From positions 1 through 62,234 of the forward strand of contig JAUSCZ010000032.1 in assembly GCA_030674475.1 (NCBI GenBank): a DNA stretch of 62,234 nt, read 5' to 3'. Source of the stretch: Candidatus Omnitrophota bacterium. GTDB lineage: Bacteria > Omnitrophota > Gorgyraeia > Gygaellales > UBA12090. Below the pieces are notes generated by a model. That model did no database searches and was not told where the DNA came from. It saw only the letters and a list, made by a program, of their open reading frames with translations. Below are positions 26,354 through 35,393 of the stretch, one piece after another (position 1 is the stretch's first letter; every line of letters begins with the position of its first letter). The position numbers and the translations under genes are program-made.

Positions 26354-26381
26354 AGTATAACATCTTTCATACTATTGTCAA
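26354..26381 (-). promoter_or_regulatory. Candidate sigma70-type promoter of the RHH-mazF pair
   Basis: Minus strand TTGACA-N16-TATACT, 26 nt upstream of the ATG, with a GGAGAAGGAGG RBS in between. Confidence 0.55.
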
Positions 26382-26518
26382 ATAAGTTTTTAAATTTCCA
26401 GCAAAAACTGGAATACCTGGCTCATCTGCCTGTGGCACACATAGCGCGAATGCTCCCATCTTTGCCTCATATGAGGCAGAAGAACCTATGATATTGTTCC
26501 TTGCTTTTTGATGGTAAT

Positions 26519-27298
26519 TTATCGGTTGCTTTTGCCAAAAACAAGGCCGAGAGAGCCTTGATTAACCCAGCCGATTTTGCCGTCTGGGCGGCGGATTTTG
26601 GCCCAGGAAGGGGTTGTTTCGATAACCTCAACCAAGCTTCCCTGGCTAAGGGTAAAATAGGTAGTCGCGCTTTCTAAGGGTTCAAACCTTGACTGCGCTT
26701 CTTGGCTGATTATTACGGCGGAATTATTCAGGCAGGTAATTTTACGGTTAAAAGAAATGAGGAGTAATGAAAATAATACCGCGGTGAGCGGCAATATTAT
26801 TTTTAAGGCCGGCTTCATATTTTCAAGAAATAGGCCTAAAATGAGCGCCAGAAAAAATATCGCGGATAATAGCGATAAAAATATAGTCAGAGAATTGATA
26901 TCCCAGGCCGAAAACAACTTATCCAGATACCTTACCCAGCGTTTCCCATAAAGTTCATTGGAGCTCAGATTTAATAGAGAAAGCGCGTAATCGTAATTTG
27001 ACTTCAAATCGCTATCAGCCGGCATAAGGATTTTTGCCCTCTGGTAATTGAGCACCGCTTTGCCTAATTCCCCTTTTTTGAAATAACAGTTGGCCAAATT
27101 ATAATAGAGATTACCGCTATGCAAACCCTGGTTAAGTATCTTTTCGTATTCTAAGATGGCTTGGTCGTATTTTGCCTCTTGATAGAATGAATTAGCGGCC
27201 TTAAAAATATGGTTTAAATCATTCTCAGCGCAAAACGCGGAATCAGCGCTAAAAAATACTGTTACCAGAGCCGCGAAACAAAATAATAATCTTTTCAT
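26519..27298 (-). CDS. batE: BatE-like protein (TPR repeats, TM segments, C-terminal SH3b)
   Basis: 259 aa. Signal peptide, TPR (YYNLANCYFKKGELGKAVLNY), TM helices, C-terminal SH3-like WAKIRRPDGKIGWV. Last gene of the Bat operon. Confidence 0.6.
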   Translation of the reverse strand: MKRLLFCFAALVTVFFSADSAFCAENDLNHIFKAANSFYQEAKYDQAILEYEKILNQGLHSGNLYYNLANCYFKKGELGKAVLNYQRAKILMPADSDLKSNYDYALSLLNLSSNELYGKRWVRYLDKLFSAWDINSLTIFLSLLSAIFFLALILGLFLENMKPALKIILPLTAVLFSLLLISFNRKITCLNNSAVIISQEAQSRFEPLESATTYFTLSQGSLVEVIETTPSWAKIRRPDGKIGWVNQGSLGLVFGKSNR

Positions 27299-27389
27299 TT
27301 GAAAATCTCCTATTAGGTGCGATAAATCGCACCGCTACGCAGCACGGCTGACAAGGTTTGGTGTCCGACTTTGGCGAGGCATAACGGTT

Positions 27390-29252
27390 TCATATCTTTG
27401 CTTTCTGAAAATAATCAATTACTTCTTCCAACTTTCTTAAGGCCAGATTCATATCATCCGCGCTGGATTCTAAAGAGGAGTACCTTGCCGTATCGCAATC
27501 ATTAAAAATATCCTTTAACTTGTTCAATGTTTCAATAGAGGCACCTTTGGGTTTTAGGACTCCATCAATGATATCTATGGTGATGGACTGAGAAGGAAGA
27601 TGAAATCGGTCACCCAGGTATTCCCGGAGACTTGAAAACAACGTATCGTAAAATTCCTTATTCCGGCCCTGGGATAAATAATTTCTGGCCTTATTCAGGC
27701 CTGTCCTTGCCTTTTTAGGAGCGGATAGCTTGCGGGCGTATCTTAGGTCTGTTTTTAGCCTTTGGCTTCTCAATTTTAAAATATAGATGACCAAAAAACT
27801 TAAAAATGGAAAAACCTGCAGCCATAAAAATACCTTATTTTTATAAAGATACTCCCCCTGTTCGCTCAATTTTCCAGCCATAGGCTTAATATATACAATA
27901 TCCCGGCCCAGCTTTTCTTCTTTTTCATCCGGCACTAATAGGCGGGGAGATTGAGAATCAATTACTTTAAGCTCCTCGCTTTTATCCGGCGCTAAGACCT
28001 TTAGGGGAAAAGGCCCCTTAAGAATAGTCTGGTATTTTTCGGTATCGGGATTGAAAAAGCTGAATCTCAAGGCCGGGATTTCCCGGACACTCTCATCCCA
28101 AGGAATGATCACCTGTTCAAAATCCTTTTGCCGGGCCTCCTGCTTCACTTGCGGCTCATATACCTTAAAGTTATTGCCGGCCTCGATTTTCGGGATGGTT
28201 ACGGTGTTGAAATTTCCTCTTCCCCGGACCCCGACTCTTAAGGTAACCGGGTCTCCGGCTTTAACTTCTGAAGGGCTTATTGAAGCCTCCATTTTAAAAT
28301 CACCCACTGAGCCGTTAAAATCAGTTGTTTTCCCTTCTTCCGGAAGGGCCAAAACCGTTAAGGGAATATCCGCGGATTTTAGATTAAGCGGATAAGTCTG
28401 GTATTGGCCAAAAAAATCCTCTAATATATCGGAACCAAACAAATCATCAAAACCCGAAGCTGATCGTCTTCTAACTTGTTTTTTGGCCAGCAGATTACAT
28501 TCTAAGTTAGCCGGCCCCAGGCGGAACTCTCCCGGCTTCAGGCCGAATATAGAGGCATTAAATTCAACAACCTGATAATCAATCCCGCCTAAAACTTCCT
28601 CATATTGCTTGGGCTTCTCAAAGGCGCCAAGTGAAAATCCTTCATGGTTCAATACGGGATACTGAATATCCCGGACTGTCAGCTTATTGACATATAATTT
28701 TATGGATAAAGGAATGACCTCGTTCAGGTAAACCCTGTTTTTGGCGGCCTGGATTATCAGAAATACGCGGCTGTGTATATCCACAGAAGCCGCGTTGTCT
28801 GAAGCATCCTGATTATCAGCTTGGACTTGAGCCTCTATTACTTCAACATTTAAGGAATTAGAGATATAAGAATTCCCCTTATAATCAAACTTAAAAGGCC
28901 CAATCTTATAGGCCCCTACCCTTAGAGGGGCAAGATTATAGCTGTGGGTTACGGAGCTGGAAACCTGGCCGTTAACTACTGACATCCGGGTAGAAGGACC
29001 CAAATAACGGGACTGGAATCCCTCCATCCTGGGCAACTCCATTGATGGAATATCCTGGGTCCCCTCAAAGCTAAGATAAAGCTCAAAAGGACTACCCAAA
29101 GAAACTTTATTTCTTTCCGTGCTGAGAGTAAAATTTATATCCTTAGCCAGGCAGGGAAAAATCAAAAAACAAAAATCAAATATAAAAATAGCCAGCCAAG
29201 ATGTGATAATTCTTATAAGATTTTGGCTTTTATATAATTTTAAATTTTGCAT
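27390..29252 (-). CDS. batD: BatD-like oxygen-tolerance protein
   Basis: 620 aa. Signal sequence, repeated Ig-like beta-rich modules, late TM, cytoplasmic DUF4381-like tail. Position after batC. Confidence 0.75.
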   Translation of the reverse strand: MQNLKLYKSQNLIRIITSWLAIFIFDFCFLIFPCLAKDINFTLSTERNKVSLGSPFELYLSFEGTQDIPSMELPRMEGFQSRYLGPSTRMSVVNGQVSSSVTHSYNLAPLRVGAYKIGPFKFDYKGNSYISNSLNVEVIEAQVQADNQDASDNAASVDIHSRVFLIIQAAKNRVYLNEVIPLSIKLYVNKLTVRDIQYPVLNHEGFSLGAFEKPKQYEEVLGGIDYQVVEFNASIFGLKPGEFRLGPANLECNLLAKKQVRRRSASGFDDLFGSDILEDFFGQYQTYPLNLKSADIPLTVLALPEEGKTTDFNGSVGDFKMEASISPSEVKAGDPVTLRVGVRGRGNFNTVTIPKIEAGNNFKVYEPQVKQEARQKDFEQVIIPWDESVREIPALRFSFFNPDTEKYQTILKGPFPLKVLAPDKSEELKVIDSQSPRLLVPDEKEEKLGRDIVYIKPMAGKLSEQGEYLYKNKVFLWLQVFPFLSFLVIYILKLRSQRLKTDLRYARKLSAPKKARTGLNKARNYLSQGRNKEFYDTLFSSLREYLGDRFHLPSQSITIDIIDGVLKPKGASIETLNKLKDIFNDCDTARYSSLESSADDMNLALRKLEEVIDYFQKAKI

Positions 29253-29289
29253 TTTTAATTCAATCTACTACATTATGACATTATTTTTT

Positions 29290-29360
29290 GAACAATAGAC
29301 AATAGAACATTAGACCGCACTTGAGCTTTTGTTTGTCTATTGTTCTATTGTCTATTGCTC
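29290..29360. repeat. Long hairpin element in the batC-batD spacer
   Basis: gaacaatagacaatagaaca (29290-29309) and tgttctattgtctattgctc (29341-29360) form a 20-bp inverted repeat with 1 mismatch and a 31-nt loop. The arms are built from TCTATTGT octamer repeats. Confidence 0.8.
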
Positions 29361-29405
29361 AATTGCTCTGTGCGCTGTCATATTAAGAATTAATGTCACA
29401 GCGCA

Positions 29406-30245
29406 CTACCAGTCCTTATCTACTTGCCGGGAATAGCTTTTTTCTTTATCTTTGACCTGGCTTCCCGGCATCACCTGCTGGCCATAGCCCTCTAAAAGCA
29501 TGCGGGCCTCGGCTTGCGACATCTCTTTTGAATCTTCCGCTCCTTGCGCCGGTTCTTCTTTCTGCCCGCCTTGCTGTGTGCCCCCTGCTTCTTCTTTCTC
29601 CCGGCCTTCTTTTGCTTGAGAATCAGCCTTACTTTCGGCTTCCTTATTTTCCCGCGGAGCTTCGGGCTGGCCTTCTTTACCATTCCGGGATTGGCTGCCG
29701 TTTTTATCTTCTTTCTTATCTGTAGACTTTTCTTCTTTGGCTTGTTGATCTTTTCGCGATTTCAGCTTATCCCGAATAGCCTTCAATTCTTCCTCTACTA
29801 ATTCATGGTTAAACTTGGCATCCTCATCCTGGGAGTTTAAATCCAGCGCCCTTTTATAATAATCCAGCGCCTGGCCAAGCAACTTAGCGCATGAGGCCAG
29901 GTCGGTATTTTCCCTGAGCTTGCCTAATTTATATTTAGAGTTCCCGATGTTATAGTTTGCCTGGGATTCCAATAACTTATCTTCACTCAAGAGGGCCTTT
30001 TCAAAATCACTGATGGCTTTCTCAAAATCGCCCTTTTTAAAATAAACATCCCCCTTATTAAAGTTAACTATCGGGGAATCCGGCTTATCCGCGATTGCCT
30101 GGTCATATAATTTTAAAGCCTCATCAAGCTTATTTTCTTTATATAATTTATTACCCTGGGAAACCGCTTGGTGAGCATCTTTGGCAAAAACTAAAGAAGC
30201 AGAACATATAATAAATCCAGCCAGCAGACAAACTATCATCTTCAT
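29406..30245 (-). CDS. batC: BatC-like TPR protein with charged low-complexity C-terminal half
   Basis: 279 aa. Signal peptide, TPR repeats (GNKLYKENKLDEALKLYDQA...), Lys/Glu/Gln-rich tail. Confidence 0.6.
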   Translation of the reverse strand: MKMIVCLLAGFIICSASLVFAKDAHQAVSQGNKLYKENKLDEALKLYDQAIADKPDSPIVNFNKGDVYFKKGDFEKAISDFEKALLSEDKLLESQANYNIGNSKYKLGKLRENTDLASCAKLLGQALDYYKRALDLNSQDEDAKFNHELVEEELKAIRDKLKSRKDQQAKEEKSTDKKEDKNGSQSRNGKEGQPEAPRENKEAESKADSQAKEGREKEEAGGTQQGGQKEEPAQGAEDSKEMSQAEARMLLEGYGQQVMPGSQVKDKEKSYSRQVDKDW

Positions 30246-31240
30246 TTTTTGCGATCCGTAATCAACGGCTCAAGCAAGAGCGCCAATAGGGCCAGGACAA
30301 GCGGAATCTGGAAACGCTCTTCATGATGCTTAATCAACCTGCTCTCCACTTCCCGTTTTTCCATTTTAGCTAATTTCTCCCGATAAATCAAATCCAATCC
30401 GAATTCCCTGGAGCTTGAGCGTACATAGCTTCCTCCGGTAGCCAGGGCGATTCTTCGCAGAAGAGCTTCATCAAGGCGGCTTTTGACCACATTGCCTTCT
30501 TTGTCTTTTAAGAATTCTTTTCGCGCGCCTTCCCCCGGAACCAGGATAAGTTCGCCTTCCTTAGTCCCGATACCGATAGTAAAAACAATCATCCCTTCTT
30601 TCTTGGCCTCCAGAGCCGCGCTTTGGGCATCGCCCTCATGGTCTTCGCCATCGGTAATAATAATCAGGACTTTATATTTCTTTTGGCCTCCGGCATAACT
30701 TTTTATCGCCTCTTTTATCGCGCTGGAGACCGAAGTCCCACCCCGGGCGATTGTCCCCGGGGAAACAGCTTCCAAGGAAAGCAAAAATCCGCTATAATCA
30801 ACGGTCAGAGGGCATTGCAAAAAGGCATCTCCGGCAAAAGCAACCAGGCCAATCCTGTCCCCGCTTAACTGCCTAACCAAATCCCTCACTGCCAGCTTGG
30901 AGCGCTCTAACCTGTTCGGCTTAACATCTTCTGCCAGCATACTTTTGGAGGTATCCAGGGCGATAATAATATCCAGGCCGTATCTTTTTGACTCCTCCCA
31001 ATGAAAACCCCATTGCGGACGCGTCAAAGCTAAAAGACTAAAAATAATCCCGGCCAGAATTAAGATTGCTTTTAACTTCTGTTTCCTCAAGTTAACCGAA
31101 GAAAGCAGTTCAGATAAAAGCTCCTTTTGAATATGCTTCTCCAGGGTTTTTCCGCGGCCCCTAAAGGACCAAAGATAAAATACTATTACCGCGCTAATCA
31201 GCAGAAAAACATATAATATAACAGGCTGAGCAAATCTCAT
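30242..31240 (-). CDS. batB: VWA domain membrane protein BatB
   Basis: 332 aa. N-terminal TMs, VWA MIDAS motif (ALDTSKSM), C-terminal TM. Confidence 0.8.
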   Translation of the reverse strand: MRFAQPVILYVFLLISAVIVFYLWSFRGRGKTLEKHIQKELLSELLSSVNLRKQKLKAILILAGIIFSLLALTRPQWGFHWEESKRYGLDIIIALDTSKSMLAEDVKPNRLERSKLAVRDLVRQLSGDRIGLVAFAGDAFLQCPLTVDYSGFLLSLEAVSPGTIARGGTSVSSAIKEAIKSYAGGQKKYKVLIIITDGEDHEGDAQSAALEAKKEGMIVFTIGIGTKEGELILVPGEGARKEFLKDKEGNVVKSRLDEALLRRIALATGGSYVRSSSREFGLDLIYREKLAKMEKREVESRLIKHHEERFQIPLVLALLALLLEPLITDRKK

Positions 31241-32236
31241 TTAGGGTATTTTTCTCAAAAAAGTATTGGATAAGATAATTTCAGCGCACAATAAAATTAA
31301 TCCCGGAATCAAAAATGCCGGAAATAATTCTTTATATTCCTGATAACCTTTATCCTCAATAACGGTTTTTTCTAATCTATCTATTTCTTTATAAATCTGG
31401 CGCAGGCTCTCGGTATCGGTGGCCCGGAAATATTTCCCCTCGGTCTTGGCGGCAATCTCTTTTAAAACATCTTCATCAATATCCACATCCATCAGTTGAT
31501 ACGCCGTATTGCCGAAGAAATCCTTGACCGGATAAGGAGCCGAACCCTTGGTGCCGGCTCCGATGGTGTAGACCTTAATCTTTAAGGCCTTAGCCGCGTC
31601 AGCGGCGGTAAGCGGCGAGATTCCTCCGGCATTATTGCGTCCATCAGTAAGCAGGATGACTATCTTGGTTTTGACCTTGGTGTTTTTGAGGCTGTTTAAC
31701 GCGCAAACCAATCCCAGGCCGATGGCGGTGCCGTCTTCAATCAGGCCGGTTTTAACCCTCTCTAAATTCTCTAAAAGCCAGCCCTTATCCAACGTTAAAG
31801 GGCAAACCGTATAGGCTCCCCCGGCAAAGGCAATCAGGCCCAAACGATCATTGGCCCTTCCCCGGATGAAATCTTTAACTACTTCCCTGACCACTTCCAG
31901 CCGGTTTTGCCTTAGTCCGCCAATCTTAAAATCCTCAGCCAGCATACTGGTCGAGCAATCTATCGCCAGGACAATATCAATACCTTCGGATTGAATCTTG
32001 GAATCTTCCAGCGGAGACTGCGGCCGGGCCAAGGCAAAGATAATCAGGATACAAGAGGCCAGCCTTAAGAAAAACAGATTTTTAGCTAACTTAAGCTTAA
32101 AAGAATCCGGCAAACCCTTTAATAGGCTCCCTGAGGTAAATTTGATTGCCGAGCGGGTATTCTTTTTCTGAGCGTAGAATATAGCCAATACCACTAACGG
32201 TAATAACGCCAATAATGAAGGATTACGCAGGAACAT
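31241..32236 (-). CDS. batA: VWA domain membrane protein BatA
   Basis: VWA MIDAS motif (AIDCSTSM). The track ORF starts at 32293, but its first 19 codons translate a REP-like element. The ATG at 32236 (MFLRNPSLLALLPL) is the likelier start. Confidence 0.8.
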   Translation of the reverse strand: MFLRNPSLLALLPLVVLAIFYAQKKNTRSAIKFTSGSLLKGLPDSFKLKLAKNLFFLRLASCILIIFALARPQSPLEDSKIQSEGIDIVLAIDCSTSMLAEDFKIGGLRQNRLEVVREVVKDFIRGRANDRLGLIAFAGGAYTVCPLTLDKGWLLENLERVKTGLIEDGTAIGLGLVCALNSLKNTKVKTKIVILLTDGRNNAGGISPLTAADAAKALKIKVYTIGAGTKGSAPYPVKDFFGNTAYQLMDVDIDEDVLKEIAAKTEGKYFRATDTESLRQIYKEIDRLEKTVIEDKGYQEYKELFPAFLIPGLILLCAEIILSNTFLRKIP

Positions 32237-32240
32237 TTGC

Positions 32241-32285
32241 CTCTTCCCCCTCACCCCACCCTCTCCCACCAAGGGAGAGGGATTG
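32241..32285. repeat. Palindromic element, copy C (CCCTCTCCC-ACCAA-GGGAGAGGG)
   Basis: Hairpin in the spacer upstream of batA. Resembles the second half of the element at 18139-18200. Confidence 0.6.
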
Positions 32286-32308
32286 ATTAACAATGATTAA
32301 TGTCACAG

Positions 32309-33274
32309 TCAACTGGTCTGTTCAACAAACTTTTTTGCTGATTCAAAAACCGCCTCTATCTCCTCAGGTGAAGGGGCATACCGGGCAAACTTCACTAAAT
32401 CGCAGGATAACAAAAAATCGCTTAATAAATCCTTCCGCGGGAGACTTAGCTCTTGGGCATCTTTGGCTTTGAGCAAGAATTCCTCGCTGGTCATTTCCGG
32501 AGCGCTAAGTTTAAACCTGTCTTCAATATAGTGCCGGATAATCCCGGATATCTCAATGTAATATTCCTTAATCTTTCCTTGAGTAATAAGTCCCTTGGCT
32601 TTAAGTTCGTTAAGCTTTTGCAGAGCTATTTGGTGGGCAGGCGGTAATTCTACCGGCCTGGCTGAATTATTTTTCTTTTTCCGAAATATCACTATCCCGG
32701 CCAGAATAAACAAAAGAATCAAAATCCCTAAGAGGACATCGCGCGCGCGCGAAGGAAAATCCAACGGATCTTTGATCGGCCGCAATTCTCTCTTTACTCC
32801 CGGATTATCCAGGAGACTCTTAACCTCTATTTCCTTTTCTTCGGCCTCAAGGCGGATCCAATCGCTTTCCCCTTTGCGGCGGTATTTTACCAGGGCCTTA
32901 GGGAGTGCCTGCTTTCCAATAACATAGGTGTCTAAAACATACCATTGGGTTATCTTTTGTCTGCCCCAAAAAACTTTTTTGCCTGAGCCAAAATCCTTAA
33001 GGTTAAAATTTCCTAAATTACCGTCAAAATCCGGAAATTCAACCTCTATATCATTTTTCGCCGATACGACTAAGGAATACCTAATCTTATCCCCGATGGT
33101 TACCCCTCCCCACCTCCCCTTGTTAAGGGGAGAATTTCTTACCGAGGTTTTATCCAGCACAGCCTCAACCGTGACTTCCGGGTCCGGCTTAGCCACCGGC
33201 TCAGCCCAAGAGACAAAAGAAACACTGCATATCCAGACCGTAAAAAAAACTCGCAAAAGATTAAATGCTCTCAT
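32309..33274 (-). CDS. Bat-operon membrane protein (BatD-like periplasmic module plus TM plus DUF4381-like tail)
   Basis: 321 aa. Signal peptide, beta-rich region, TM (LLGILILLFILAGIVIF), C-terminal tail similar in pattern to the BatD tail (..EF..........DLVKFARY). Carries a 14-codon in-frame repeat insertion. Confidence 0.5.
   Translation of the reverse strand: MRAFNLLRVFFTVWICSVSFVSWAEPVAKPDPEVTVEAVLDKTSVRNSPLNKGRWGGVTIGDKIRYSLVVSAKNDIEVEFPDFDGNLGNFNLKDFGSGKKVFWGRQKITQWYVLDTYVIGKQALPKALVKYRRKGESDWIRLEAEEKEIEVKSLLDNPGVKRELRPIKDPLDFPSRARDVLLGILILLFILAGIVIFRKKKNNSARPVELPPAHQIALQKLNELKAKGLITQGKIKEYYIEISGIIRHYIEDRFKLSAPEMTSEEFLLKAKDAQELSLPRKDLLSDFLLSCDLVKFARYAPSPEEIEAVFESAKKFVEQTS
33111..33153. 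repeat. REP-like element (copy B) inserted in-frame inside a CDS
   Basis: tacccctccccacctccccttgttaaggggagaatttcttacc matches 18139-18181 with about 5 differences. It encodes SVRNSPLNKGRWGG within the ORF 32309..33274. Confidence 0.75.
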
Positions 33275-33280
33275 TTTAAT

Positions 33281-34177
33281 TTATCTAAACAATCTTCTTT
33301 TTTCCCTGGCTCTGAAAAACTTAAACAAGCTTTTAGTATAGGGAATATCGGTGCGGATATCAATCGTATCCACGCCGCCGGATTGAAAGAACTTTTTTCT
33401 TTCCTTAGCCCGATTTTGGGCGTTTCGCGAATATTCCCGGCGCAAACGAGAGTCAGAGGTATCCAGCATAAAACTTTCTCCGGTTTCAGAGTCCTCTAAG
33501 CTGACTATACCCACATCCGGCAGGCTCAATTCCCAGGGGTCGGTTACGGTTACGGCAATAATGTCGTGGCGTTTGTTGCTCACTGAAAGCATTTTCTTAA
33601 AATCCCCGGAACCAACAGGCAAGTAAAAATCCGAAACCACAAAGGTGATTGTTTTGCGCCGGGAAACCTTATTTAAATATTCTAAGGCACTATTGATATC
33701 CGTGCCCTTACCCTCAGGCTTAAAATAAAGCGCCTCCCGGATAACCCTTAAGACATGGCGCGGGCCTTTGCGCGGAGGAATAAACTTCTCTATTCTATCC
33801 GTAAAGGCGATAAAACCCACCCTATCATTATTACGGATTGCCGAAAAGGCCAAAACCGAACAAAGCTCCGCGGCCAATTGCCGCTTAAGCTGTTTTGCCG
33901 TGCCAAAAAAACAAGAGGCCGACATATCCAAAACCAGCATCACCGTCAATTCCCTCTCTTCAACGAATTTCTTGATGTAGGGATGACCCGTCCTGGCGGT
34001 AACATTCCAGTCTATAGAACGGATTTCGTCTCCCGGCTGATATTCCCTGACCTCCTCAAACTCCATACCCCTGCCCTTGAATACGCTCTGGTATTGTCCG
34101 GCAAAGACATCATTAACCATCCGGGAGGTAGTTATCTGGATACGCCGGATATTCTTTAAGACTTCTTTGGGAATCAT
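33281..34177 (-). CDS. DUF58 domain protein (MoxR-associated, VWA-like)
   Basis: 298 aa with the F.G.Y.S.F.GRG.EF.E.R.Y..GD..R.IDW signature of DUF58. Follows moxR. Confidence 0.8.
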   Translation of the reverse strand: MIPKEVLKNIRRIQITTSRMVNDVFAGQYQSVFKGRGMEFEEVREYQPGDEIRSIDWNVTARTGHPYIKKFVEERELTVMLVLDMSASCFFGTAKQLKRQLAAELCSVLAFSAIRNNDRVGFIAFTDRIEKFIPPRKGPRHVLRVIREALYFKPEGKGTDINSALEYLNKVSRRKTITFVVSDFYLPVGSGDFKKMLSVSNKRHDIIAVTVTDPWELSLPDVGIVSLEDSETGESFMLDTSDSRLRREYSRNAQNRAKERKKFFQSGGVDTIDIRTDIPYTKSLFKFFRAREKRRLFR

Positions 34178-34182
34178 TTTTT

Positions 34183-34293
34183 AGCTATCGGCTATCGATT
34201 TCTGGCTATCGGCTATCGGCAAAAAGTAACTACCGCCGGAGGCGGAGTGCCGCCATTCGGCGGCAAAAGCTGAAAGCTGAGAGCCGAGAGCCA
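34183..34293. repeat. Structured ~110-nt spacer element between moxR and the DUF58 gene
   Basis: GCTATCG-type repeats (34183-34220) are imperfectly complementary to GAGAGCC-type repeats (34269-34293). They flank two GC hairpins (ccgcc-gga-ggcgg and tgccgcc-attc-ggcggca). Confidence 0.65.
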
Positions 34294-34295
34294 AA

Positions 34296-35288
34296 CTACG
34301 GGACTTCTATTTCGCTGAAGATCTTTTGGATAATATCGTCTGAGGTCTTTTCCTCGGCCTCGGCCTCATAGCTGACAATCACCCGGTGGCGTAAAATATC
34401 CGGGCCGATTGATTTTATGTCCTGGGGACTGACATAGCCCCGGCCCTGGGTAAAGGCGTAGGCCTTGGCGGCAACGGCAAGATAAATAGTGGCCCGGGGA
34501 GAGGCGCCGTATTGAATAAGGCCGGAGAGTTCATCTAACTTATATTTCTTGGGGTCCCGGGTGGCAAAGACAATATCCAAGATATATTTCTCTAATTTTT
34601 CATCCAAATAGATTTCATCTACCACCGCCCTGGCCCTGAAGATATCCCTGGGCTCAACCACGACCTGAGCCTGAATCTTCTTATCGGTAAAACCCATGGT
34701 CTTGAGAATCCTTAACTCTTCTTCAATGGTGGGATAAGTTACGTTTAATTTAAGCATAAAACGGTCAAGTTGGGCCTCAGGCAAAGGATAGGTCCCTTCC
34801 TGTTCTATGGGATTCTGGGTAGCTATAACTAAAAACGGCTCATCCAATTTAAAGGTATTTTCTCCGATAGTAACCTGCCTCTCCTGCATCGCTTCTAAAA
34901 GCGCGCTCTGCACTTTGGCCGGGGCGCGGTTTATCTCATCAGCCAGGATGATGTTGGCAAATATCGGCCCCTTCTTAGTAGTAAATACCCCTTCTTTAGG
35001 ATTATAAATCAGAGTCCCCACCAAATCCGCGGGCAAAAGGTCAGGGGTAAATTGTATCCTCTGGAATTTGGTATTTATCGCCTGGGATAAGGTTTTTATG
35101 GAAAGGGTCTTAGCCAAACCCGGCACGCCCTCAACCAAGATATGGCCGTTGGCCAGAATCCCCACCAAAAGCCTGTTTAACAGGTAATCCTGGCCCACGA
35201 TTACCTTGCGCATCTCTTGAATCAAGGCGGCGGTAAAGGCGCTCTCCTTGGCCACCTTTTCATTTATAACCGTAAGTCCGGTATTCAT
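34296..35288 (-). CDS. moxR: MoxR-family AAA+ ATPase
   Basis: Walker A GVPGLAKT, Walker B ILADEINR, typical MoxR length. The ATG at 35288 has GGAGG 8 nt upstream; codons upstream of it translate a repeat element. Confidence 0.9.
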   Translation of the reverse strand: MNTGLTVINEKVAKESAFTAALIQEMRKVIVGQDYLLNRLLVGILANGHILVEGVPGLAKTLSIKTLSQAINTKFQRIQFTPDLLPADLVGTLIYNPKEGVFTTKKGPIFANIILADEINRAPAKVQSALLEAMQERQVTIGENTFKLDEPFLVIATQNPIEQEGTYPLPEAQLDRFMLKLNVTYPTIEEELRILKTMGFTDKKIQAQVVVEPRDIFRARAVVDEIYLDEKLEKYILDIVFATRDPKKYKLDELSGLIQYGASPRATIYLAVAAKAYAFTQGRGYVSPQDIKSIGPDILRHRVIVSYEAEAEEKTSDDIIQKIFSEIEVP

Positions 35289-35393
35289 ATTTTTGCCTCC
35301 TTTTAAAAAAATAACCGAATAACCGAAAAACAAACATTTTTTTGCTTTTGTTTTCTGGTTTTTCGGTTTCTTAGTTTTTTGGTTCTCTGTTGA

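Noticed and set aside
29492-29801. Overlapping ORFs inside the batC low-complexity tail (29492..29683 minus strand, 29528..29725 and 29544..29801 plus strand).
   Set aside because: They are shadow frames of a purine-rich, charged-tail coding region, with no independent signals.
29389-32308. Exact 13-mer ATTAATGTCACAG at 29389-29401 and 32296-32308, each just after a stop codon inside the Bat operon.
   Set aside because: - In 62 kb, tens of exact 13-mer pairs are expected by chance (about N^2 / 4^13).
- The flanks do not align.
- Only the shared position relative to stop codons is suggestive, which is not enough.
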